Positions 1 through 9,244 of a stretch of 37,033 nt of DNA are shown here, piece by piece. The notes below the pieces were generated by a model. The model saw only the letters and a program-made list of their open reading frames with translations, searched no databases and was not told the DNA's origin. Origin of the DNA: a virus; the IMG/VR virus record IMGVR_UViG_3300045988_059541, positions 1-37,033 of that record; one strand, written 5' to 3'. Position 1 is the first letter of the stretch; every line of letters begins with the position of its first letter. Made by a program: the position numbers and the translations under genes.

Positions 1-119
1 AATTCCATGTTTTATTCTCCTTTGTTAATAGCATTTTCTGCTACTTCTAGTCCTTTTGTTAAAACTGATGGTACATTGTCTCCGGCTTCCACGAAGTTCT
101 CAATGATGCTGCGTAACTC
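1..119. repeat. Terminal direct repeat copy 1 (assembly overlap or terminal redundancy)
   Basis: Nt 1-119 (aattccatgttttattctcc...gatgctgcgtaactc) are identical to nt 36915-37033. Confidence 0.95.
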
Positions 120-470
120 ATTAATAATAAGTGATGCCAAAGTGAACCATCCAACATATGTAGTGATACTCAAGTCAATATTGATAGTCTGCCCAATCTC
201 GATGAAGATTGCAGACGCTAAGAAAGCAACTAATACCATAAGCCAGTAGCCTAATTTCTTCCAAACTCCGCGTACTCCTTTTGCACTGTTTTCCTTTCCT
301 GTCAGTCTTGATTTTCTGATTCCTGTAATGTAATCAATGATGTTAAGTGTGAGAAACCCTACAAACAGTAGCCAATGAGTGCCGAATACTGCACTCAATA
401 CAGCCACGATAGTTCCTCCAACCGCGTTGATAGTATCCATATACTTTAATGATGTGTCATATAATTTCAT
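12..470 (-). CDS. Holin (phage_holin_4_1 / TcdE-like class)
   Basis: 152 aa with three hydrophobic helices (GGTIVAVLSAVFGTHWLLFVGFLTL, LGYWLMVLVAFLASAIFI, VGWFTLASLII). The LNIIDYITGI motif is typical of this holin family. It lies upstream of the endolysin across the circular junction. Confidence 0.8.
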   Translation of the reverse strand: MKLYDTSLKYMDTINAVGGTIVAVLSAVFGTHWLLFVGFLTLNIIDYITGIRKSRLTGKENSAKGVRGVWKKLGYWLMVLVAFLASAIFIEIGQTINIDLSITTYVGWFTLASLIINELRSIIENFVEAGDNVPSVLTKGLEVAENAINKGE

Positions 471-482
471 GTTTTCTTCTCC

Positions 483-2375
483 TTAAGCATAGCAGTACAC
501 GAATGTACCGCAGATATATTGGTTGTTGATGTTGTTTCTAATTGATGTCAGAGTGAAATGGTTTGCCGTCACATCATTAGTCTTTGGATAGAATCTAATG
601 ACTAATCCAGCATCAGAAGCACCATTTGGAACAGGGATAAAAAGATTATGGTTAGGTGCTTTATCATTTGGAAAGTCCTCCCACATATAACCCATAGTAT
701 TTCCACCAATTGTTGCATTTATGAGCCCGTCCCATTTCAATTCGCATAACTTAAATGCGCTGTTATACCTGTACTGCAGTTTGACACCACATCCATTTGT
801 TCCACAAGAAATCCAGTTTGACCAACCGACATCTTTATGCTGTATCTTTTTATTGTCCTTATTCTGTATCTTTTCATTAGTCAATACAGGAATCCATGTA
901 TCAATCTGATTTTCAGTGTCAAAATCAAAGGCATAACCGTTATAGGACTGTGCTTCAAGAGGCATATCAACCTTCAATTTACCGCTTTCAGCCTTACATC
1001 CAACTCCGATTCCTCGACCATCAGCAGAAAAATCCAAGAGTTTGAATGATGGTGCGATTGCAGCATAAGATGCAACGCCGTCTGTTGTGAAGTAATCCTT
1101 AATAAGCACTCTGAAAGAATAAGCATTATCTGTACTGAACTTACCAGCAGATGATATGTATACCTTGTTCTCGCCACTGTATGAATCTGTGTAAGTCGCA
1201 AGAGTGGTCCACGTTTCTCCATTTTTATACTGAATCATGACAGTCTTATCATTTTTATTTGCAACAGGTGCAATTGAGAATGAATAAGTGATTCTAACTG
1301 CCGTGCCTTCATCATCTGCTTTATTGGATGATACATTCCAACGCTGTGCAGTGACATTCTTGACAGATGGTGACCACCATTCTGTAACACTGATATTCTT
1401 AGAGGATGCAGCCTTCTGTCCTCTCGAATCTGTAACTGTCGATTTAAGAACTACTGTCCCAGAGGATTTAAGGGGCTGAGTAGTAAAGTAACTGTTAGGG
1501 CCAGGGATAAGCTGTCCATCAATCTCGTTATTGTAATAAGCGATTGTAGCACCGTTCTTCGCCGTAGCAGATACATTACACTTGACTTTCGAAACGCCCT
1601 GTATAATAGTTGATGCACCGAATCTGTTCGCAATAGCAGTATCTTCGTTTGTATAAGTGATACCCGTGACAGTCGGTTCATACCCCGAAGGAAGTACTAA
1701 ATCTAAACGGCAGTAGTTAGTGCCTATGTATTTGCCAGCACGATTGTATGTGTCTACCTTGAACGTCATATATGAATATGACGCATTAGTCATCTTGTTG
1801 ATAAGTGAAGTCGGTACAGTCCACTTAAATTCATCATTCCACTGATTAGCAGCAATCTGTACATTCGTATCATAATAACTGTACGATATTACATGTCCGA
1901 AATCAGATGATGCTCTAGGCGTCTTGATTGTCACACTGTTGCCAAAATATACGGATGCTGGAGAGCAGTAAGGCTTAGTCGCTCTCGGAATAACATCGCA
2001 GTCAATACCGCCCGAAGCAGACACACTGCCCACATAACTGCCCGAAAGAGTTACTTTCAATTCCTGTGAGAATGAGAAATCAAAATGTTTTCCCCCATTG
2101 CTGTCATGAGGAATCTTGATGTTTGTAACTGTCGCAAGTGTCTTTGTTCCACTTCCTCCGATAGTCACACCACCCGACCATAACAGTACGCCATTAGCCC
2201 ACATAGAGCCGTATTTAGTAGCGCTTGAGTTAATATTCCACTTATAGTACTTTGTCAGTGTAGCAGTCCACAAATCATAGTTTCCGTCAACATTGACACT
2301 TGTTCGTGTCATTGTCATTGTGACATTACCATTGCCACCGCCAAACGATGCACTGCATGATGCGCTTGTCGCCAT
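483..2375 (-). CDS. Tail fibre / receptor-binding protein (N-terminus resembles DUF859-type siphovirus proteins)
   Basis: 630 aa, the last structural gene before the holin. It is Ser/Thr/Gly/Asn-rich and beta-rich, with a Cys-containing C-terminal domain. The DUF859 resemblance is from memory only. Confidence 0.55.
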   Translation of the reverse strand: MATSASCSASFGGGNGNVTMTMTRTSVNVDGNYDLWTATLTKYYKWNINSSATKYGSMWANGVLLWSGGVTIGGSGTKTLATVTNIKIPHDSNGGKHFDFSFSQELKVTLSGSYVGSVSASGGIDCDVIPRATKPYCSPASVYFGNSVTIKTPRASSDFGHVISYSYYDTNVQIAANQWNDEFKWTVPTSLINKMTNASYSYMTFKVDTYNRAGKYIGTNYCRLDLVLPSGYEPTVTGITYTNEDTAIANRFGASTIIQGVSKVKCNVSATAKNGATIAYYNNEIDGQLIPGPNSYFTTQPLKSSGTVVLKSTVTDSRGQKAASSKNISVTEWWSPSVKNVTAQRWNVSSNKADDEGTAVRITYSFSIAPVANKNDKTVMIQYKNGETWTTLATYTDSYSGENKVYISSAGKFSTDNAYSFRVLIKDYFTTDGVASYAAIAPSFKLLDFSADGRGIGVGCKAESGKLKVDMPLEAQSYNGYAFDFDTENQIDTWIPVLTNEKIQNKDNKKIQHKDVGWSNWISCGTNGCGVKLQYRYNSAFKLCELKWDGLINATIGGNTMGYMWEDFPNDKAPNHNLFIPVPNGASDAGLVIRFYPKTNDVTANHFTLTSIRNNINNQYICGTFVYCYA

Positions 2376-3139
2376 CAGTCACCACCTACTTTCTTAAAAG
2401 TCAATGATCCATCGCTATTAACAATGAATCCGAAGTTTCCAATCCTCAAGGAACTAGAAACTTCAATATTCGAGTTATACATTCTGTTATTCGCAAAATA
2501 AGCTACTTCATCGTTGTTCTGAAGAATAGAGTACTTGCTGTTTGTCTGCTTTGTCTTGAATTCAGATTCCTGTTTACCTATCTCTATGCCTTCTGCATTG
2601 AATCTGATATAAGTGTTCAGCTGAGTCTGATTGTTTGATACAGTATCAGAAAGAGAACTAAAGTCTTCTTTCTTTACAAATCCCATCTGAATGCTTTCTG
2701 TTGTCTGCTGAATAGTAGATACAGTAGAAGCAAGGTTTGCGCCGTCAGAGGCACTGTAATAATTCTCTGATACAGTCTGTAAGATGGATGCCTTAGTCTG
2801 CTCAATAGATGAAGAAGCATCCTTGGTTGCCTGCTGCAGCTGACTGTTCATGTTGTTGATTCTGTTGTCGTAATCATCAATGATTGACTTTAGGTCATTT
2901 GCAAGCACTGGGGTGGTCGTTGTATATGTTCCATCATCCCATAATATTTTTGACCTAACCCAGTAATAATGCTTGTCAATGTAGTCATCGGGAACGCTTT
3001 TCCACCCGTCACTGTCTGAATCGGGCATTTGTGTTGAAGAATCAGACAGATAATACTCCGGAGTGATTGAGCGAATTCCCTGCCCGTCCTCGCCATCATT
3101 GACTCTCACGAGGGTCATGCTAGCCGATGCCTTAATCAT
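2375..3139 (-). CDS. Tail fibre/baseplate-associated structural protein with a coiled-coil region
   Basis: 254 aa, with a start overlapping the stop of the upstream gene. It carries the DGWKSVP...YYWVRSKILWDDG motif shared with the two upstream tail genes, plus a central coiled-coil-like Q/S/T-rich stretch. Confidence 0.45.
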   Translation of the reverse strand: MIKASASMTLVRVNDGEDGQGIRSITPEYYLSDSSTQMPDSDSDGWKSVPDDYIDKHYYWVRSKILWDDGTYTTTTPVLANDLKSIIDDYDNRINNMNSQLQQATKDASSSIEQTKASILQTVSENYYSASDGANLASTVSTIQQTTESIQMGFVKKEDFSSLSDTVSNNQTQLNTYIRFNAEGIEIGKQESEFKTKQTNSKYSILQNNDEVAYFANNRMYNSNIEVSSSLRIGNFGFIVNSDGSLTFKKVGGD

Positions 3140-3143
3140 ATGA

Positions 3144-4196
3144 TTATCCTTCTAACTGTGCGCTGAATGTTGCCTTGTTTGTAATATCGCCGGCACCGAT
3201 TGTATATGTTGCCCCTGTTGCTACGGCAGTAGTTCCACCATCTTTGTACCATTTGATAGTTCCTAATGCAGATAAAGCGGAGCCAGTCACTTCAACTCCA
3301 CCCTTGTAGACATGAGCGGTTAAAGTTGTAGCAATAGCAGTATTCTTGAAGATTGTTCCACCAGACGAAGTGATTGCCATTGTAATAGCGTCTAAGCCAT
3401 CTTTTCCATCCGTTCCGTTTGTACCTTTGTAAGATACAGAATATGATTCGGTAGACTTACCATCTGAATACACAACGACTGTCTTGGTCCATAGATACTG
3501 ACCGTTCGGTACGCTTGGTACTGTAGTGCTCCATGTTCCTGTCGGAGTAGTAGTACCACTTGTACTAACCTGGTAAGTGACGGAAGTTGAACTAACTGTA
3601 ACGCTTGTACCATTTGAACCGTTTATACCATTTGTACCCTTGTAAGAGACAGAATACGCTTCTGTTGATTTGCCGTCAGAGTACTTTACTACTGTCTTCG
3701 TCCATAAGAACTGTCCACTTGGTACGTTAGGTACTGTTGCACTCCATTCTCCTGTTGGCTTAGTAGTTCCACTTGCTCCGACCTGATATGTCACAGAAGT
3801 TGAACTTACGGTAACACTAGTACCATTCTGCCCGGTTGCACCCTTAAACGCGATTGAGAAACTGAATGTCTTGTTGATAGTAATATCACCGTCAACGACG
3901 ATAGGAATAGTAATAGTACCACTCTTAGTTAATGCAGATGTTGCAGTAATTGTGATTGTTGGCATTGGTGCTTTTCCGTCAGATACAGCCGAAATGCCTG
4001 TAGGACATGTAATAGTTCCTACCGTGCATGGAACCTGTTCACTACCACATAATGCCATCACCTGTGTAGTAGTTGTCTGTGTGCCGTTTACTGCACTGGT
4101 AGTACCTAAAAAAGTATAGTTGTCATTTGTTAATACAACCGAATAACCATCGGTTAAGTCGATAACGTCAATCTGATTGACCGCTTTAATTGCCAT
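3144..4196 (-). CDS. Tail structural protein with an internally duplicated domain
   Basis: 350 aa. Residues ~125-187 and ~196-258 form a 71-aa-period tandem duplication (GTSVTVSSTSVTYQV..SGTT.PTG.WS..VP.VP.GQ.LWTKTVV.YSDGKSTE.YSVSYKGTNG) flanked by short G-x-x collagen-like triplets. Confidence 0.5.
   Translation of the reverse strand: MAIKAVNQIDVIDLTDGYSVVLTNDNYTFLGTTSAVNGTQTTTTQVMALCGSEQVPCTVGTITCPTGISAVSDGKAPMPTITITATSALTKSGTITIPIVVDGDITINKTFSFSIAFKGATGQNGTSVTVSSTSVTYQVGASGTTKPTGEWSATVPNVPSGQFLWTKTVVKYSDGKSTEAYSVSYKGTNGINGSNGTSVTVSSTSVTYQVSTSGTTTPTGTWSTTVPSVPNGQYLWTKTVVVYSDGKSTESYSVSYKGTNGTDGKDGLDAITMAITSSGGTIFKNTAIATTLTAHVYKGGVEVTGSALSALGTIKWYKDGGTTAVATGATYTIGAGDITNKATFSAQLEG
3423..3845 (-). 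repeat. In-frame tandem duplication (2 x ~213 nt) inside the tail gene
   Basis: The two protein copies are near-identical, while the DNA copies differ mostly at synonymous positions. Confidence 0.8.
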
Positions 4197-4206
4197 AATT
4201 TTCCTC

Positions 4207-5811
4207 CTAAATGTTTAACTCGCAGTTGAATACTGCTTTGAATTTAATGTCTTTTGCTGAAATAGTAAACATGAACCCGTTATCGTTAAGCCTTGAATCA
4301 TCTAACGGGATCTTGCTGAATTCTGTCTCACCATGCCTTTTTATGAGCCACTGCAGATAGGCATTATCTCCAAATGTTTCTCTCAGTTTTGAAGAGTTAT
4401 CAATCACTACTCCACCCACATAGATGTTCACTGTGAATATAGTTGCCACATCACTGTTCTTGAATGTCGTGCCATTCGACGATTCTATGCATAATAGTAT
4501 TGAATCCTCTCCTTTAGCACCTGTGATACATACTGGTGTACTGTATGTGACGGTATTGTTGATCGTCGTTGCTGTTCTCTGCCATATATAGAATCCAGGA
4601 CGCCATGTCGGTGCAGTCTCTGACCACCCTGTTTCCGGCGGAATCGCTCCATCTGTTGAACTAGCATATTCGCATACGAATTTCTTAACAGAGCCCTGTG
4701 CCTGTTTGATTGCTTCTCCAGCCTTTTCTTCAACTTCTGAAACTCTTAGTGATATCTTCTCGTTAGACAGGCTTAATTGAGCCATCTTGTCATTGATGCC
4801 TTCCTGTTCCTTAGCAATAATATCCAGTTTCAATGATTCCTGGTCCTGCTGGACCTGCAGCTTTCTGATTCGTGTTGTATTAGATACACGTTTCACTGTC
4901 TTTTCTTCATTCTTTGTTGTCACACTGCCGTCAACCGTAGACATAGAGAACTGTCCACCCTTGTAATTGACAGTTAGATCCGATACAAAGAAAGTGAATT
5001 CATTACTGTTATAATTGACAAGAGCCCCAGGAAGAAGGTTGTCAATTGATATCATCGTGACATTCTTCACCTGATTGAAAGTCAATCCCTTAAGTCTGTC
5101 GTAGATGCTGTCAATAATGCTCTGTTCATCTGCATATAGATTAGTTGAATCAATAAACAGCGTATTTCCTGTCTCGTCGCCTTTAGAAAGAGGATTGAGA
5201 CCATTTTCAGCATATACTCTTGTGAGTGTATACACTTCATTCTTTTCATAATCTGTTAAATCCTGTGTAGTTGCAAAGGCAGTCTTTTCAATAGGAACAA
5301 ACCTAATAGAATCAATCCCCTCTGCATAGACATTTGCTGCAAACAGTTCAGCAATCCACCCAAGATAGTTTCTTATCACAATCGTGTTATCGTACCATGA
5401 TACGCTCTTATCGAGAACGTACTGCGGTATTCCTTCACGAATAATAGAAAGACCAGTCAGACTTTCAATCTCGTCTAGCTGGTCTTTTATAGTGACAGGA
5501 TAAGACAGTTTAGTATCGTATGCTGTATCAAGAGAATAGTTGTTGTCATACATCTTGAGAGTAAGTTCCTTGGTGTACTTCTCCGGCTGATCATACACCT
5601 TGAAGTATCTTGTATCAGATGCATCATTCTCCTTGACTTCCCAGTACTTGCTGATGTCGATATTGTCAAGAATGCCGTCATAATTATCGAACTTCATTGT
5701 CAGTTCAATTGATGGCACGTTGCCTATCATACGGCAGTCAGCAAAAGAGACAGACATCTTATAATCAAGAAGTCTGTCCGTTACATTTGTCTCTCCATAT
5801 TTTATAAGCAT
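4207..5811 (-). CDS. Tail-associated / baseplate hub protein (Tal-like, prophage-tail N-terminal domain)
   Basis: Second gene after the TMP. The ATG at 5811 (MLIKYGE...) is preceded by GAGGTG; the track start at 5826 is a TTG extension. The C-terminal part carries the W..P....Y.W.RT motif and an Ig-like SSNGTTFKN module shared with the next gene. Confidence 0.55.
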   Translation of the reverse strand: MLIKYGETNVTDRLLDYKMSVSFADCRMIGNVPSIELTMKFDNYDGILDNIDISKYWEVKENDASDTRYFKVYDQPEKYTKELTLKMYDNNYSLDTAYDTKLSYPVTIKDQLDEIESLTGLSIIREGIPQYVLDKSVSWYDNTIVIRNYLGWIAELFAANVYAEGIDSIRFVPIEKTAFATTQDLTDYEKNEVYTLTRVYAENGLNPLSKGDETGNTLFIDSTNLYADEQSIIDSIYDRLKGLTFNQVKNVTMISIDNLLPGALVNYNSNEFTFFVSDLTVNYKGGQFSMSTVDGSVTTKNEEKTVKRVSNTTRIRKLQVQQDQESLKLDIIAKEQEGINDKMAQLSLSNEKISLRVSEVEEKAGEAIKQAQGSVKKFVCEYASSTDGAIPPETGWSETAPTWRPGFYIWQRTATTINNTVTYSTPVCITGAKGEDSILLCIESSNGTTFKNSDVATIFTVNIYVGGVVIDNSSKLRETFGDNAYLQWLIKRHGETEFSKIPLDDSRLNDNGFMFTISAKDIKFKAVFNCELNI

Positions 5812-5815
5812 ATAA

Positions 5816-6181
5816 TCACACCTCAATCAGAGAGAAAGAGAATGAATCTGCCTTTAGACCAGACTGCACTCTCTTATAATTGTACTTCTTATTTGAAGCA
5901 TACATCTTCTTGGTTCCTCTGATACCATGATCAGGAATGTAGAGTTCTGCCGTGAACTCTGCCGGAGTGAGTACCTTCAGAATATTCATTACATCTGTGA
6001 ATGTATTCAACTTATATGTACATGTAATCTTAAGCATGTTAGAACGTATTCTATTTCTTCTTAAGATGCCTGTTGAAACAGGTCTGACACTATCCGAATC
6101 TAAATCATTGATTTCTACGCTGATATCTGAAGGAGTCGGAATAAGTGTTCCGTTTATCTTGATTTTCGCTTCATCTGCCAT
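5816..6181 (-). CDS. Small distal-tail-protein-like protein (called by position)
   Basis: 121 aa, immediately downstream of the TMP, where Dit normally sits. No motif was recognised, and it is short for a Dit. Confidence 0.35.
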   Translation of the reverse strand: MADEAKIKINGTLIPTPSDISVEINDLDSDSVRPVSTGILRRNRIRSNMLKITCTYKLNTFTDVMNILKVLTPAEFTAELYIPDHGIRGTKKMYASNKKYNYKRVQSGLKADSFSFSLIEV

Positions 6182-6193
6182 TTATTCCACCTC

Positions 6194-9100
6194 CTAATAG
6201 TCAAATACAGGCTTGCCTGTGCGTGCTTCATAGTCCTTAATATTGTCAATCACCATCTTAGTGATTACTCTGCCATCATCAAGTACCAATTTAATGACGT
6301 AGGTAGCGCCTGTGCCGTCATTCTGAGAAAGTGATAATCTTTCTGAAATCTTTTCAGCAATCATATCAAGTCCCTGTGTGTTTCTCTGTAATGGTATTAC
6401 TGCTTCTGTTCCTGCTTCACCAATATTGGCAATAGTGGATGCACTTACGATACCACCTTTTGCGAGTCTAGGAATCCTAGGAATTGAGAATCCTTTTCCA
6501 CCGACACCAGGAACCCAATCAGGAATCTTTATCTTGCCGATACCACTTAAGAATTTGTTAATTCCATCAATCATAAAATTCAATGGAGCCTTGAAGATGT
6601 GTCCTAATCCGGAAACAATGCCCTCAAATATCTGCTTAACACCAAGCCATGCTCTCCTCCAATTGCCTGAGAACACGCCACCGATGAAGTTAGCTAGACC
6701 CATGAAAATAACCTGTACGGAATTGATGATAGGACCCATGTAGTCTCTGAACACCTTGACGACATTCTTAACCGTTTCAAACACATTCTTCCATTTGAAA
6801 CCGAAAGTTCCTTCCATCCAAGTTCCTAATCCATTAAAGAATCCTCTGATACCATCAACAACAGTGTGAATTACTGCACCTGCGCCCTGGATAATACCTC
6901 CAATTGCTGCGAACACAATTCTAAATGTGCCTTGAAGATGTGTTAGTGATAACTGGAAGACTGGCCCTAAAATATCAAGAATTGTACTAAAAATCGGTGT
7001 TACAAATTTTAATAAATCACTAACAATTCCCATGATATCCTTAAAAACTGTTTCCCATACATTCCACAGTGGTTTTAGCACCATATTCACAAAATCTTTA
7101 ATGATGCCTGCTACTGTACTGATAACAGGTGCAACAATATTCATAAACACCTTCTGAACAATAGTGGCGATATTTCCTAGAATGCTTACTATGTCATCTC
7201 TGAAACTCTTACTCTTCTGCCATAAATCTACAACTGTAGCAATGACTGCCCCTATGATGACATTTACAGGATTCACAGCCATTACAATAGATGCGAATAT
7301 CTGTGGAAGAATTCCGAACGCACCGCTCAATGCAGTTGCAAGTGATGCCCAACCTGAAAATACTCCCACTGCAATCTGTATCTGTGTGATGACAGTGCCA
7401 AGAATTCCGGCAAGAGTAGAAAATAATGATAATCCCGCAATAGCTGAAAGTATGCCAAGAATAAGACCTACATTATCTGCTATGAAAGAGAATAGCCCAT
7501 CAATGATACCAAGAACCACATTCACTGCACCTAATACAACAGTCCAGTCAATGGCTTTTGTGATATCCCTCACCATTTTCAGAATCTCATTGATGATCTT
7601 CAATATAGAGTTAAATATATTCCATAAATGCTGGATGATTGAATCACCTAGGCCTGCAGTGTTCCATGCATCGGCCAATCCTTGAGAGATATTGCCAATT
7701 ATCTTGAAGATGTTAGTGAATATCTTCAATATCAGTTCGACAGTCTTTGCACCTGTGCCGTTTTCCCACACCGTGTACATTGACTTGCCGATTTCCATAA
7801 GAAGGTTCTTGACGCCATTGAATGCATATACTGCAGCTGCAATCATCGGCGCTCCAAACTTATCCCATGACTGCTTTAAAGGCTGAAAGAATTCAGCAAC
7901 CTTCTTCTTGATTTCTTCTAACTGCTTGTCTACTTCTTCGAGTGGTGCAGTCATACTTCCAGTATCAAACGCATCAGCACCTATGCTTCCTATATCACCA
8001 ATGCCACCGGAACCACCAACACCGCCCGAACCACCTGAGCCACCTGAAGATGGATCACTTGAACTATTGCTTGAATTGATGTTATTGATTGCATCGAATC
8101 CAGCAAGAGCTCCGTTCAATTCCTTCTTGAGTTTAGAAGCATTTCCTGCCGCTTTCTTTAATCCGCTACCTGTTCCGCTTGCTCCTTTAGAAAGCTTCTG
8201 TGAACTATCGGAAGCATTATTCATATTCTTTGCAAGAGTCCCTGTGTTTCCTGCTGCCTTTTTAGCATTGTTGGACACACCACCAAAGGAAGAACTTAAC
8301 TTCTTTGATTTACCGCCAAACAGTGCCGTCAGATACCCAACGGCGACCATAACAACTTTAGTGAATGCAACAACATATGGGATGCATGAATTAATTGCCT
8401 TTGCAATATTGGTAAAGAATCCAGCAATATTAGACTGCCCGATTGTATTCATTACATCTGACATACATCTAACAATAGCTGTTCTCATATTAGCGATTGA
8501 TGTAGCAATTCCACCTGTCGCATTTCTTGCCTGTTCCTCAAATGACTGATAGCCGTTAATACCCTGAGTGTTTAACTGCATAAGAGTATTCATGAACTGG
8601 TCCATTGATACAGTTCCATTTCTTAATGCCTCGCCTAGTGCAGAAGCATTAACAAAACCCATGGCCTCAGCCACCTGTTTCATCTGTGCAGGCATTGCGG
8701 TCATCGCTGAACGCCATTCAAACATATCGGGTTTACCCTTAGCATATGACTGTGATAACTGTTCTAAGGCTGATTTCTGTATCTCGGAACTTGCACCGCC
8801 GGCTAGAATAGCATTATTAAGTGCAAGGAACATATCAGTTGATTTAGAGATATTGCTATTTACTGCCGTAAATCTCTGTACTGCGCCTGATGCATCGTCT
8901 AAAGTAGTTGGAAGCCCAATAAGCTTATTGCTTAGTTTCTGTACAGATGCATTCGCCTGAACGCTGTCAGCACCTAGATTCGACATCACTCGGCTATAGT
9001 TGCTAAGAGTATCAACTCTCTTGATTGCAGCATCAACATTCCCTAATATCGTTGATTTAATCAGAGAAGCAATACCAAGACCCGCCACAATATTGCGAAT

Positions 9101-9244
9101 ACTCTTGAATGAATTGCCAATTGATCCTGTGACCTTATCAACATGATTCTTTAGGCTGGTGACTTCATTCTTCACGCTGTTCAGTTCTGATTTCGCTGAT
9201 TTCGTCTGAGCAGATATTACTATCTGCAGTTCCTCTACCGTCAT
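6194..9244 (-). CDS. Tail tape measure protein
   Basis: 1016 aa and the largest ORF. It has an N-terminal TMP core-like region (DTLSNYSRVMSNLG...LIGLPTTLDD...KGKPDMFEWRSAMTAMP), a Gly/Ser linker (GGSGGSGGVGGSGG) and long hydrophobic helical repeats. It follows the G/GT chaperones. Confidence 0.9.
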   Translation of the reverse strand: MTVEELQIVISAQTKSAKSELNSVKNEVTSLKNHVDKVTGSIGNSFKSIRNIVAGLGIASLIKSTILGNVDAAIKRVDTLSNYSRVMSNLGADSVQANASVQKLSNKLIGLPTTLDDASGAVQRFTAVNSNISKSTDMFLALNNAILAGGASSEIQKSALEQLSQSYAKGKPDMFEWRSAMTAMPAQMKQVAEAMGFVNASALGEALRNGTVSMDQFMNTLMQLNTQGINGYQSFEEQARNATGGIATSIANMRTAIVRCMSDVMNTIGQSNIAGFFTNIAKAINSCIPYVVAFTKVVMVAVGYLTALFGGKSKKLSSSFGGVSNNAKKAAGNTGTLAKNMNNASDSSQKLSKGASGTGSGLKKAAGNASKLKKELNGALAGFDAINNINSSNSSSDPSSGGSGGSGGVGGSGGIGDIGSIGADAFDTGSMTAPLEEVDKQLEEIKKKVAEFFQPLKQSWDKFGAPMIAAAVYAFNGVKNLLMEIGKSMYTVWENGTGAKTVELILKIFTNIFKIIGNISQGLADAWNTAGLGDSIIQHLWNIFNSILKIINEILKMVRDITKAIDWTVVLGAVNVVLGIIDGLFSFIADNVGLILGILSAIAGLSLFSTLAGILGTVITQIQIAVGVFSGWASLATALSGAFGILPQIFASIVMAVNPVNVIIGAVIATVVDLWQKSKSFRDDIVSILGNIATIVQKVFMNIVAPVISTVAGIIKDFVNMVLKPLWNVWETVFKDIMGIVSDLLKFVTPIFSTILDILGPVFQLSLTHLQGTFRIVFAAIGGIIQGAGAVIHTVVDGIRGFFNGLGTWMEGTFGFKWKNVFETVKNVVKVFRDYMGPIINSVQVIFMGLANFIGGVFSGNWRRAWLGVKQIFEGIVSGLGHIFKAPLNFMIDGINKFLSGIGKIKIPDWVPGVGGKGFSIPRIPRLAKGGIVSASTIANIGEAGTEAVIPLQRNTQGLDMIAEKISERLSLSQNDGTGATYVIKLVLDDGRVITKMVIDNIKDYEARTGKPVFDY

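Noticed and set aside
7950-8070. Gly/Ser-rich repeat (GGSGGSGGVGGSGGIG) in the TMP, seen as repetitive ccaccNgaacc DNA
   Set aside because: It is a low-complexity flexible linker of the kind common in tape measure proteins, not an independent repeat element or collagen domain.
6378-8960. Several long plus-strand ORFs (6378..6743, 7164..7685, 7692..7886, 7908..8549, 8568..8960) opposite the tape measure gene
   Set aside because: They are antisense shadows of a 1016-aa gene with biased, low-complexity composition (Pro/Ser/Thr/Ile-rich translations). They have no RBSs and tile exactly within the TMP. The same applies to the other antisense ORFs in the track, such as 721..1049, 3871..4119, 9855..10328, 16070..16488, 17919..18329, 19513..19854, 25735..26404, 28782..29129, 31864..32418 and 36106..36708.
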